Below, in pieces: positions 1-11,665 of a stretch of DNA of 64,000 nt (position 1 is the stretch's first letter; each line of letters begins with the position of its first letter). The notes under the pieces are model-generated. The model saw only the letters and a list, made by a program, of their open reading frames with translations, searched no databases and was not told the DNA's origin. A program made the translations under genes and the position numbers. This DNA comes from Malacoraja senta (lineage: Eukaryota), in contig CM075982.1 in NCBI GenBank assembly GCA_038087875.1, positions 60,698,001-60,762,000 on the forward strand. Direction: 5' to 3'.

Positions 1-1264
1 TTTCCTGGACATTTCAGATGCCCACCATCCACCCTTACTATGTTACTCCAATATCATCCCTGGCTACACTCAGCAGCATGATATAGTGGGATGAAAAATT
101 ATTTTCAGATGGTTTGAAAGTGATCATTGGAATATGGGATACTAAAAAGATGAGCGATCTTCCATCAAGATCACTATTAAAATGAGTGTAATGTTCAAAT
201 AATATTGTTTAATTTCTTTTTGTCGCTGTTTGGCTTCCAACTGATTTCACAAATGCAGCGCTGAAGAGATATAATGGTGGTTCTTAGGTTAAACAAAACT
301 CTGCATTTATGTTGGTTTTCTTTTCATTCTCAGCCAATTAATACGGTATAATTAGAAACTGTTTTCTGTAATTTACAAAGTATGATGTTGCTCCTAAAAT
401 GACTCGTTTAAATTAAACTAATGTTCCCTGTGAAGTTTCTAAAAATATGTAACTTCAAACACAAGTTGCAAGGTGAGTGTAATTATCTGTACGGACTTAA
501 TTTTCCAATTTGATGGAAATGCTTTTGTTGATTTTTTTACTTGGCCCAACCTTCTTCAAATACAGAATGTCTCCCTGTGACCTCCAAGGTGCCTTCCAGG
601 GCATGTCTAGTTACAGATAAAGGTCCACGTGTGCCTGCTCAGCTTTAAGACAAGTATGCTCCAAAAATGCAGCTGACGCCAGCCAGCCTGATAGCATCTG
701 TGTTGCCCTGCAATAGGCCTGGTAATACAGGCATTCTGGAGAAATCTTGGCAATCTGTTTAGATTACCCCAACTTCAGTGTGTAGCGGGAGACTTCCTTC
801 TGTTTGGTATCAAATTCCGTGTATTAATTGCATTTACATAAAATATTTTTATTCTGAAGCAGGACTGTAAATGGATTATGCTTTTTCTTATCGCCCATTA
901 TATTTACGATATGATACGATACAATAGAACTTTATTCATCCCAGGAGGGAAATTGGTCCATTATGGTTCAATGGTCCATTATAAAGTTCAGGGTCTCCCA
1001 TTTAGATAATCAGTGACAGGCCCATGAACAGCCTGAGAACATTTGGACAAGAATATGGTTCCCTCTCGTTTTAACTGGTTAAACTATCAGTTAAAAAAGC
1101 AGGCAGAGGGCGGGCAAATGAATTTATTGCATGTTGGATATTGAAACCATAATATGTCCATTTATTTTAATTGTGAGTATATTTGTGAAGCTTGCAGAAT
1201 TTCTGAACTGTGTGAGTTTTATAAAGGGTGTAGTTATTGTTTAATTAGATGGAACCAACATTCT

Positions 1265-1402
1265 GTCATAGAGTCAGAGAGTGATACAGTGTGGAAGCAG
1301 GCCCTTCGGCCTAACTTGCCCACACCGGCCAACATGTCCCAGCTACACTAGTCCCACATGTCTGCTTTTGGTCATTGTCCCTCCAAACCTGTCCTATCCA
1401 GG
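1265..1402 (-). mobile_element. CR1-type LINE 3' tail fragment
   Basis: Reverse complement of the tail ...gggccgaagggcctgcttccacactgtatcactctc shared with other CR1/SINE tails in the window. Confidence 0.6.
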
Positions 1403-1579
1403 ATTTGTCGAGGAGTATTTCAGTGATTAAACTAATAACAATAAATCCTGGTTCTATTCTTGGATTTTCAACCTGAAATGTTACAATTTTCTCTTTCCGC
1501 ACAGATGTTGCCTGACCAGCTGAGTTTTTCTAGCCTTTTGCATTTTTATTTCTGTTTGACAAACTAGTCCTCTTGTAAC

Positions 1580-2022
1580 TACATAACTCTTCGCACTCCC
1601 TTCTTCTCCCTTACATCTCCCCATTCTTCCACCTCCTTCCCCTGTGCCCCACCTGGACTCACACTGAATTTACTCTTCCCCCCCCCTTCACCTACATTCT
1701 TTCCTCTAGCTTCACAATTCACAACTCTTCAATCCTTTTGTCTCACACCTTCTGTTTTATCATCTCTGGCATTTGTGCAATTATCGGCTTATCAAAAAAC
1801 CCTCACCTGTAACAACCTCGGGGTTTTATCCTCTCCTCCTCTCTTCTAGTTTTCTTTCTCACTCCCCCCACCCCCACCCCCCACCCCCCCGACAATCAGG
1901 CTGAAGGGTCCTGATCCGAAACGTCACCTATCCATATTCTCCAGAGATGCTGCCTGAACCGGTGTTACACCAGCATTTTGTGTCTTTTTTTTTTGTAAGC
2001 CTGCATCTGCAGTTCCTTGTTT
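1580..2022 (+). mobile_element. Penelope-like element 3' end (pyrimidine-rich UTR plus degenerate hammerhead-like terminus)
   Basis: C/T-rich UTR like 48680-48950, followed by ctgaagggtcctgatccgaaacgtcacc...gagatgctgcc...cagcattttgtgtc...catctgcagttcc. Confidence 0.65.
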
Positions 2023-2822
2023 CCATTCTCTAATCCTCTCGCACACATAATTTCTGGTAATTTATCTGTGGAATGGCAAATGGGAAACTCATTCTTTATG
2101 ATTTGTATTTGCATTTTCATAAATTGTAGATGAAATATATAGGAGATGAGATCACGTTTACTAAAGCACCCACACCAAAGCCTTGAAATTATACCATGAG
2201 AGAACAGATTCGGCTGATTAACTCTTTCTCTGCAGTTTAACAAAGTCATTAATCTGCTTAAGGAAGAAAAAAAAGAGTCAATAAATTCCTAGCACAGCAG
2301 AGAAAATTAAACTTCAGGAAAATCTGCAAATCCTACACACTTAATTTCAAAACCATCACAAGATAACTTTGTAAAACTATTGTACAATGTTACAACAATA
2401 GGAATCGCGAGTACACTTGTATTTGAACAGTGGACTCGCTGTCAACGAAACTCTCAATCTCTACAATGAAGAATGATGATCTGCAGTGTCACAGAATACT
2501 TGCAAACCAATCTGTTAATCCCAGGGGTAACATCACAAAATCTAAGTACTTCTAACCTTGAGGAGACCCCTACCTCCAACCCTTATGCACAGTTAAAATC
2601 TTTCCTGAAGTTCGAAGGAATGCATTTTTGCCATGTAGCAGGAAATCAGAAAAGAGATGCAGAAAGTAAATGGGAGCAAGGGGACCCTATTAACGGGACA
2701 TGAACGAATTGCATGGCTTGGAACTTCAATTTGCTGACCTCTGCTGAAAAATAGTTTTTCATGTTTATACGATTGTTGAATGCTACAATACCTAACAAGA
2801 CCGCTGACTTGTTATCTCGCTT

Positions 2823-2911
2823 AAGATGGACACAAAATGCTGGAGTAACTCCAAGCAGCATTTCTGGAGACAAGGAATGGGTGATGTTTCGTGTTGAGAC
2901 CCTTCTTCAGA
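2823..2911 (-). mobile_element. Penelope terminal fragment
   Basis: gacacaaaatgctggagtaact...gtgatgtttcg...cccttcttcag, matching the terminus of the 59066-60245 element. Confidence 0.7.
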
Positions 2912-3501
2912 TTTTACTTGTCTCTCTCGACATTCAGTTTGATCTGAGTCTCCTTCATTCTTTTTTATATTTTTAGGCAGCGTTATAATTTTCATTTAAA
3001 GTATTTACAATAAACGATGGTTTGACCAAAGCATTGCATATGCCACCCATTGAGAATTATAATTCCCCAGTCTACCCCTCAACTTTGTATTGATTATTAC
3101 ATTTATGTTCTCATGTTATTTTCTGATCAAACAGTGTACATGGTGAATCCCTATCATAGTATGCAGATCTTTACTACTTTATCCTTTATCCTCCCCAGTT
3201 ACAATTTTAAAAGCCCAGCCTCTTGCTCCTCTGCATAACCGAGGGACTTTATTCTTGATTAGTTCCAATGGATTTACACTTTAACCTTCCCCTCAGTTTT
3301 ATATTCTTCTTACAATGAGATGCTTCAAACTGTGTCCACTGTCCCTCTACTCTCTGAATTAAAATTTAAAGTAAGTATTTTTGTTTGTTTAAGAAGTGAA
3401 AAGCTAGCATTTTTATGCAGCAGTTTTTATGTGGAGTTGTGCTTGAATCTCCTTTAATTCCTCTGACTTTCCATCTTAGTCAAGCACAATCTGACAAAAT
3501 C

Positions 3502-3682
3502 AAATAGCTGCAGATGCTGAAAATCTGAAATAAAAACAGAACACGGTGGGAACAACCCTGTAGGTCAAGCAGCGTTTGTGGAAAGCGAAATAGGTCAAAA
3601 CTCTTTGTCAGAGTTCCTTGTTGACAAATGCTGCCTGACCTGCTGAGTATTTGCAGCATTTTCTCTTTTTATTTACAATCTA
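3502..3682. mobile_element. Older Penelope-derived palindromic mini-insertion with 16-bp TSD
   Basis: Perfect direct repeat acaatctgacaaaatc at 3486-3501 and 3683-3698, flanking inverted arms (ggtcaagcagcgttt / aaatgctgcctgacc). Confidence 0.65.
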
Positions 3683-4114
3683 ACAATCTGACAAAATCCT
3701 TGCTGGATGAATAAAGAAAACCTTTTCTTACACATCACAGAGCACAACTTATTCAGAAATTATCTTTTAATGAGCAATCTACATACCTACATAGTGAACC
3801 AAAGGATAATTGAGCCAATTAAACCATTAATTAGTAGTGACTTTCTTTTGTCACAATTTTTAATTACCAAAAAATATATGATAAGATCACTGTTAACTTT
3901 TCAGATCACAGTGTACTGCTGAAATACTTGTGAAGATATTTATTATAAGATTAGTCTTGGGTTAGCATTGTTTAATCTTTTTGAAGTGATATTGCATACG
4001 TTAAGAACATGAGAAAACAGGAGCTAGAGCAGTCCTCACAAGCCTGTCTCACTATTCATTATGATCATAGCTGCTATACCCCAGGCCTGATCTCATCTGT
4101 GCCAATTTCTCCTT

Positions 4115-4669
4115 GCTCACAATTTGGAGTTTTGTGAGCAACTTTGGGCATCAAATCTGAGGAAGGCTATGCTGCCTCTGGAGAGGATCCAGAGGAGGGT
4201 TACAAGAATAGTCCCAGGAATGATTAAGTTAACCGATGATGAACTTTGTCTGCACTGGACCTGTGCTTGCTGGAGTTTAGAAGAATGAAGGGGGGATCCC
4301 CGTTGAAACATACAGAATAGTGAAATGCATGGAAAGAGTAGAAGTGTAGAGGATGTTTCCACTAGTCTAGGACTAAAGGTCATAGCCTCAGAATTAAAGG
4401 GCGTACTTTTAGGAAGGAGATGAGGAGAAATTTCTTTAGCCAGAGGGTGGAGAATCTGTGGAATTCTTTGCCACAGAAGGCTGTGGAGACCATCAGTGGA
4501 TATTTTTAAGGCAGAGATAGATAGATTATTGATTAGTACAGGTGTCAGAGGTTATGGGGAGAAGGCAGGAGAATGGGTTTAGGATGGAGAGATAGATGAG
4601 CCATGATTGAATGGCAGAGTAGACTTGATGGGCCGAATGGCCTAATTCTACTCCTATCACTTATGACCT
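4115..4669 (+). mobile_element. CR1 (HER1-type) LINE 3' fragment
   Basis: Degenerate ORF2 C-terminus (GHSLRIKGR..RKEMRRNFFSQRVENLWNSLPQ) plus 3' UTR ending gggccgaatggcctaattctactcctat. Confidence 0.85.
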
Positions 4670-4814
4670 TAATTGCCTGTTCTTTCAAAAATATATTTAG
4701 TTCTTCCTCTTCTTAATTTCTCAATCTGCTGGTACTGTCTGGAATTGGCTGAGCTTTGGAAAATCTTCAACCAATGGATTTGCTATCCCTGCAGCCACTT
4801 TCTTTAAAATGCCT

Positions 4815-5692
4815 TGATGAGATGCCTGCATAGAGTGGACGTGGAGAGGATGTTTCCACAAGTGGGAGAGTCTAGGATCAGAGGCCACAGCCTCAGAATA
4901 AAAGGGCGTACCTTAAGAAAGGAGATGAGAAGAAATGTTTTTAGTCAGAGTGGTGAATCTGTGGAATTCATTGCCACAGACAGATGTGGAGGTCAAATCA
5001 ATGGATATTTTTAAGTCAGAGATTGACAGATTCTGGATTAGTAAAGGGCCTGTCCCACGGGCATGCGACTCCATGCGGCAAGCACGACCTAACCGCAAGC
5101 GGGGACCGCGCGGAGGTCGCGGGGCCGGTCCCACTTCGATCGCGGGAGCCGCATGGAGTTGTGCGGAGCTGGTCCCGACATCGCGCGGGGCTCCGAAAAA
5201 CTGACACTCTTCAAAAATTCCGTGCGGCAATGGCCTGCCGCCCCGCAGCCGCATCGAGGCCGTGCGCGCCGCGTCGACGGCCGTGTGCGCCGCCTCGACG
5301 CCGGACGCAGCCGCCTCGAGGCCGTGCGCACCGCCTCGACGCCAGAAGCAGCCGCCTCGAGGCCGTGCGCACCGCCTCGCCGCCGTACGTACCGTCTTGA
5401 CGTCACTCGACCTCCGCGCGGCCCCCGCTTCCGTTGGTCGCGCTTGCCGCATGCAGCCGCATGCTGGTGGGACAGGCCCTGTAAGGGGATCACTCGACCT
5501 CCGCGCGGCCCCCGCTTGCGGTTAGGTCGCGCTTGCCGCCTGGAGTCGCATGCCCGTGGGACAGGCCCTTAAGGGTGTCAGGGGTTACGGCAGGAGAAAG
5601 GGGTTGAGAGGGAAAGATAGATCAGCCTTGATTGAATGGCAGGTAGACTTGATGGACTGAATGGCCTAATTCAGCTTCAAGAACATGAACAT
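4815..5692 (+). mobile_element. CR1 LINE 3' fragment interrupted by a Harbinger MITE
   Basis: RVDVERMFP...RGHSLRIKG...VNLWNSLPQ. The sequence gattagTAA|gggtgtcagggg is split by the 5045-5569 insertion. Confidence 0.85.
5045..5569. mobile_element. PIF/Harbinger non-autonomous element (MITE), GC/CpG-rich
   Basis: TIRs agggcctgtcccacgggcatgcgactcca / tggagtcgcatgcccgtgggacaggccct (inverted arms about 75 bp). TAA TSD at 5042-5044 and 5570-5572. Internal GC-rich tandem repeats. Confidence 0.88.
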
Positions 5693-5829
5693 GTGAGGTA
5701 TTGGAACCTGTTGCCTGCCTCCCTTCACTCTTTTTAGTTTTTTTCCAAAGTATTGTCCCCTGTAATGGGGATTGTTTCAAGTTTTTCCCTCCCATTTGAA
5801 AATAGTCCTTCTTTTATCCTTGGGATGTA

Positions 5830-6191
5830 CAGGCACCTGACGTTTTACATGGGGGTTACGGGCTTGAAAAGCAGCGCGTAAATCAAAAAGCGCTTAAATC
5901 AAATGTGCCAGGCACTGCACGTGACTATGCTGCCAATTGAAATAATTGAGGGTAAATCACATCATACAACATTGCAAAGTGCGCCCTTCCATCTGTACAA
6001 TGTTTTCTTTCTGTTAAGCAAATCTGAACTTACAAGATAACTTTGAAAACTGATATGTAAGTTTGCTGGACATAAATCTGAGCGCATTATTCCGAAAATA
6101 GGAGCACATAAATTAAATTTTGATAGGAATTAGACAAGAGCATTATTCTAATAACACGTAAATCAAGACCGTGTAAAACGCGAGGTGCCAG
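5830..6191. mobile_element. Tc1/mariner (Tigger/pogo-like) MITE
   Basis: TA then caggcacctgacgttttaca ... tgtaaaacgcgaggtgccag (imperfect 20-bp TIRs), with repeated subterminal cgtaaatcaa motifs. Confidence 0.55.
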
Positions 6192-6639
6192 TGTGCAGTA
6201 TCGTCCATGGGGAAGATGATGCAAAGTATTAATTATTTACATTTCCTGTTATTAAAACCCCAGGCTTACGAAGTGCAAGTCCACACGCCTATTTTGCCTA
6301 TCCTTTACATATCCATAGAAGTTCTTATTTATTTTTGTAATCATTCGCCAGTTTACTCTCTTAATCAATTTTCTCCCTCCCGAGTATTTTTTTATGTTCC
6401 ATTCTGGGTCTTGAAAAAATCCTGTTCTGGTCTAGCACCAGCTTTAATGGACCAATTATATTAAACACCAATGTTTCATCTTTCCCAGCAAATCTCTCAC
6501 TCAGAATTGGTTGATTTTCTGCTGAGTGCATATCTGCCATTACTCATCTACTGAACACTCCTTTTAAGCCTATTTTCTCAGTTCACTTTGTCCAACCTAT
6601 ACATAATCTTGTTATTGCCCTTACTAGACGGCATTTGAG

Positions 6640-7070
6640 CATTTGACGGCATTGGGCCTGTACTCGCTGGAGTTTAGAAGAATGAGGGGGGGACCTCATT
6701 GAAACGTACCCAATAGTTAAAGGCTTGGATAGAGTGGATGTGGAGAGGATGTTTCCACTAGCGGAAGAGTCTTGGATTAGCGGTCATAGCCTCAGAATTA
6801 AAGGACGTTCCTTTAGGAAGGAGATGAGGAGGAATTTCTTTAGTCAGAGGGTGGTGAATCTGTGGAATTCATTGCCATTGAAGGCTGTGCAGGCCAAGTC
6901 AATGGATATTTTTAAGGCAGAAATAGATAGATTCTACAGATGTCAGAGGTTATGGGGAGAAGGCAGGGGAATGGGGTTAGGAGGGAGAGATAGATCAGCC
7001 ATGATTGAATGGCGGCGTAGACTTGATGGGCCGAATGGCCTAATTCTGCTCCTATTACTGATGAATTTAT
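6640..7070 (+). mobile_element. CR1 LINE 3' fragment
   Basis: ORF 6725-7147 reads DRVDVERMFP...GHSLRIKGRSFRKEMRRNFFSQRVVNLWNSLP; same 3' UTR as 4115-4669. Confidence 0.87.
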
Positions 7071-8024
7071 TTAAGTTGAGAGTACTGGTTATGGACCTGA
7101 GGTGTTTACCCTCAAACTCCATTTGGTACTCTTCCATGCTGTGGTAGAGTTAAAGTTGATTAATCCCAACTAATTGTGAATTAAGACATAACAAAAAGAA
7201 AAGTAAATGTCTTAAATTCTACTTAACAAATGTTGACGCTAGCCTTTCCCATTAAAACGTGTTAGTTTGTTTAAGGCAAGTCAAAAGAGAGAATAGTCCA
7301 GAAATGATTCACCTTGCATTATTGTGCGTTTTGTGGTGAGTTATCTCCCAAAGTGGGTTCAGCTAAAAATTGTCTGCGAGCTATTGTTCCTACGTTCTAC
7401 TTTGATCTTTGTCACTGGTCCAAAGACTTGATTTATAATAACTATCAATCTTTCAGAGTCATTCATCAAGGTCCTGTTTCAATTCAGTAGCTCTTTGTTT
7501 TGTATTACACAGAAAAGCTGTCATTCATTGCATGCAAATGATGTTTGTCCATTTTGCTCCTTTTCAGCAAAGCACAACCGCAAAAGGATAGCTTTAAACT
7601 GGAAAGGTTGTTTGCCACAGTAAATACAAATCTTTTTTTATACGTATCATCATCTTGATCAGAGCAACCAAAACAAATAATCTCGTGTACATTTGATCTT
7701 CAGAATTGGCCTGTGCAGAATAACAGCATTCTCCATTGTTGCCCCTTCTCGTCTTTAAAAAATATAATGCAGTCTCATTAGCACTGAAATCTGACGGTGC
7801 AAAACTGGAAAAGTTGGCATAATGCAAGTAAAGATTTGTATCAAAAATGTTGCTGAGCAATTTTGCACTTTGGAGAATTAACACCAGTTTATAATAGTGA
7901 ATGGCACTTTTGATAAAGGATTTTGTCACATTGGCCACTGTTCTTCTAGTTCTATCACATCGAAATGACATCAGCAATATTGTAACACCAGAATTTGTCT
8001 CAAGCAAGATTTCCAACTACCCCG

Positions 8025-8830
8025 CTATGGTTTCCTCGCACATGATGTGCGGGATTGTGGATTAAAGGGTCTCTGTAAAATTGACCCTAATGTGCAGGGA
8101 GTGGATGATGAATTGGAATGACATGGAGCTAGTGCGGATGGGTGATCAATGGTCGGCGTGGATAGGGTTGCCAACTGTCGCGTATTAGCCGGAACATCCC
8201 GAATATTAGGCTAAATTGGTTTGACCCATACGGTACCACCCTTGTCCCGTATTTGACTGCTACTACTCGGGTCGAGGAGACTGTAGGGTCGGAGTGCCGC
8301 GTCCGGCCCTGCCTCACCCGTCCCGACGTAGTGCAGCCCATGGAGTGCAGCAGCAGCACCTTGCCCTTGGCCCCGTCGGTCGGCAGCCCGGCCAGCTGCC
8401 CGACCTTCGGACCTTCGCTTACCGCCGACACCACCTCCCTTCCTACTCAAGGCCGATCATCGGTTCATGAGTTGGATGGGGTGCTGGACTTTGCGTACAG
8501 CAGAACACGAAGCCCAGCCGGTGGGCCAGTTGAGGAGTTTTGGCCCGGGCGCTGGACTTCGCGCACGACGTCGCGTGCCCCCGGCGTCTGTGCCAAAACT
8601 CCTCAGCTGGCCCGCCGGCTGGGCTTTGTGTGCAGTCCAGCACCCGGGCCAACTCATCATTCACCCAGCCACGGCCGAGTCGGTCAACAAAATGCCGTCG
8701 GGAATTTGTCCCTTACTTTGACCTTTTGTCCCTTATTTGGGAGTGAAAAAGTTAGCAACCCTAGGCGTTGACTTTGTGGGCCGAAGGGCAAATATCCATG
8801 CTGCATCTCTAAACTGAAATTAAACTAAAG
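8025..8830 (+). mobile_element. 5'-truncated V-SINE (HE1-like), split by a hAT MITE
   Basis: SINE body (ctctgtaaaattgaccctaatgtg...ggtcggcgtgga) resumes after the MITE (ctttgtgggccgaagggc...ctctaaactgaaattaaactaaa). Confidence 0.65.
8163..8763. mobile_element. hAT non-autonomous element (MITE)
   Basis: TIRs tagggttgccaact / agttagcaacccta. 8-bp TSD ggcgtgga (8155-8162) / ggcgttga (8764-8771). Confidence 0.88.
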
Positions 8831-9489
8831 AGCTCAAAGGAGGACCTGCTTGCAAGTTGGTAAGGAACTTGAAGTCCATGTCAATGAATCCATGTAGGGC
8901 AAGCTTCCTTTAAATGAGGACATCTTCAACTCAGTACTGTAGGCTTGTTTTGGTGTCAGCAGTCTGCATTGTTTGGTGTGTAATGGAATACGAGATGTGT
9001 TGTCTGAGAAGCAGGTCCAAACTATACTGGTTCACCTATTCTGATAGTTTCATGGTCTCTTCTTGAATCAGAGATGCCAAAGTTAGACCTTTGTATGGAG
9101 AAAATTAACAATCATCTGCATTGGGTGCACAGGAGATAAGGAGATACCTTTGAGTTAGGTTTATACAAAACAATTCCATGCATAAAACAGTCCATAAGGA
9201 AGGGGGCTAAATAAATGTCCACAATATTTCACTGTTGTTGAATTTATAAAACTGAGATCCTGGCATTACTTGGGTCATAAATAAATTTAAAAACTGTAAA
9301 TGCAGGAAACACTGAGTAGGTCAAGCTGCATCTCAGTGGAGAGAGAAACTATTTATATTTGGTGACTTTTCAACAAACTGAAAAGCTTGCTATGCTTCTC
9401 AGAGATGGATCCTACATGATCTTAGCTTTATTGAAATAATGTTGACTTTCAGATGAGTGCATTTTATGAATTTTTTGGGACTTTAAATG

Positions 9490-9613
9490 ATAGGTCTATA
9501 AAGGGCAAAGGATACTGTCCCGTCGCAGGGTAATGGGGTCAGTGGAGATGGGCAAGAGGTTTGGCATTGACGTGGTGGGCTAAAGGGCCTGTTTCTGTGT
9601 TGTATGACTCTCT
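9490..9613 (+). mobile_element. Degenerate CR1 3' tail
   Basis: ...gtggtgggctaaagggcctgtttctgtgttgtatgactct. Confidence 0.5.
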
Positions 9614-10259
9614 GATTCTTAAAGTATGAATGGGAATCCCAGAGTGACAGCTTCAGCGAAAACAATTGTTTTCACTGTTCAGAACTTGCCTGGCTGCTTC
9701 CTACTGTGAACATAACTATCCTCAGTTATATTCCCATAGGTGTATTGCTATCTCATTGATGTCAAAGTGGAAACTATGGGAAGAGTTGATGGTACATTTT
9801 GTACATAGAAGAGGACAGGTCACAGTCTGTGAACTAAACCATTGTAAGGATGTAATGAATTTTAAAGTCAATACAGTGTTTTGGCTATACAGTCTCAGGC
9901 TGTAAATGAAGGTGCTGTACGGCATGTTTCATTTCTAGATAGACTGGGGGAATTATATTAGTTTGGCACCATTTTTCTTGTATATTGTTTGAAGGCAAAA
10001 GTTATGAATTTCCACAGAAAAGAGGAAAATATCATCTAAAGAGCAAAGTTCATTTTTAAAGCATCTTAGCCCTTTATTTAAATGTTATAAACAGAGCCAG
10101 GATTTTGCCATAAATGCCATAAGTGCCTTTTCATGCCTTTTTTGATGATTTCAGGAAGATAATGCCTTTTTCACGATTGGGTGCCTAAATCAGCCTTTTT
10201 TTGGCATTTTAACGTAACTTACAAGAAAATTTACACCACCGGGGCGAAACCCGGCTGTA

Positions 10260-10695
10260 AGTGTGTTTGAAGTGGTGATTGGAGAGGGGTGTGTGGGAAA
10301 GTGTCCAGTCTTTTCAGACTGGAGTCATGCTTTAAGGAGGTGTGAAGTGGTGATTGGGGAGGGGTAGGTGGGGCAGGATCTAGTCTTTTCAAACTGGAGT
10401 CAAGCTGTAAAGTGTTGGTTGGGGATGGGGTATGGGGGATATCAGGGTTAAGTTTCTGTTTATCGAACCTGCAGTAGAACTCGTTCAGGTCGTTGGTCAG
10501 CTGACCATTGTCCAACGAGCGGGGGATTTTCCGCTTGTAGCTTGTGATTTCTTGCAAGCCCTTCCACACTGAAGAAGAGTCATTTGCTGAGAACTTGCTC
10601 CTCAACTTCTCAGAGTACCTTTCCTTGGCAGCTCTGATTCCTCTTCTCAGCTTGTACTTGGCCTGCCTGTAGAGGTCTGCATCCCCGCTCCTGTA
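10260..10695 (-). mobile_element. Rex1/Babar-type LINE internal fragment inside the hAT 5' region
   Basis: Minus strand reads YRSGDADLYRQAKYKLRRGIRAAKERYSEKLRSKFSANDSSSVWKGLQEITSYKRK...LTNDLNEFYCRFD, the endonuclease-RT linker typical of fish Rex1/Babar elements. Confidence 0.72.
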
Positions 10696-10719
10696 GGATC
10701 TACCCCTGCAAGCGTCAAA

Positions 10720-11665
10720 ATGCCTAAAGTCAAGTCAACGCCTTGTAAAAAACGGAACGATTTGGTGAGAGTGTACGGGAGTGATATATTCTCTACAGAC
10801 AACTGTGTGCTGTTTTGCAAAGCATGTGAGAAAGCAGTGAATCATGAGAAGAAATATTTAGTCTCCCAGCATGTAGAGACAGCTAAACACAAGTCGGCGG
10901 CAGAGAAACTGAAGGTTGGAAATACACAAGCATGTCTCCTCACAACATTTACTGCTGGTTCCAGTCGCAAATCTGAGTTTTCGAGTGATCTGTGCAATGC
11001 ATTCATTGATGCTGGAATTCCACTGTGGAAATTGGAAAACAAATCTCACAGAGGTTTTTTAGAGAAATACACAGAGGAACATATACCGAGCGAGTCATCA
11101 TTACGGAAACATTATGTTGCCAGAAACTTCAACATTACTGTGCAGAAAATTAGAGATGAAGTTGCACGCAACAAAATATGGATCTCAATAGACGAGACAA
11201 CCGATGCTGTGGGGAGATATGTTGCCAATGTGGTCATCGGTACACTGGAGGCAGGTCAACCATCAAAGGAGTATTTCATGTCATCAGAAGTATTGGAGAA
11301 GTCAAAGAGCTCAACTATTGCTCAGTTGTTTACATCTTCACTTGCTGTACTTTGCACTTAAAGTTCCTGACAATGTAGGTAAAGACATACAAGGAAAATG
11401 TGAGAGAGTGATTTTAGCTAACAAAGATCTTGAAGAAATACAAAACATAGCTAAAGTTCTCAAAGGTAGCTGTAATGCACAAGATATCAACATGAATGTA
11501 GAGTTTGTACCTTGTTTCGGGTATGCACCAGTGACCTTAGCAGGGGTAGAAATAAGTTTTTCACAGCTGAAGCATATTCTGTCTGACAGACAGCATAGTT
11601 TAACACCAGATAATTTGATAAAAATCCTAGTAGTTATGTGCAACCAGGCAACTTTGGTAATTTAA
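10720..11665 (+). pseudogene. Truncated hAT transposase with N-terminal CGGBP1/BED-like zinc finger and C-terminal dimerisation region
   Basis: ORF 10720-11361 has LFCKACEKAV..K...VSQHVETAKH and KIWISIDETTDAVGRYVANV (first catalytic D). It joins out of frame near 11355 to a C-terminal piece ...FGYAPVTLAGVEISFSQLKHILSDRQHSLTPDNL (catalytic E of the ERSFS-like motif). The middle of the DDE domain appears to be missing. Confidence 0.8.

Noticed and set aside
4913-5572. Several overlapping 87-179 aa Arg/Ala/Pro-rich ORFs on both strands
   Set aside because: Artefact of a GC-rich, stop-poor palindromic Harbinger MITE; no domain recognised
8129-8771. Cluster of ORFs up to 172 aa
   Set aside because: They lie in the GC-rich hAT MITE and show no transposase or other motifs
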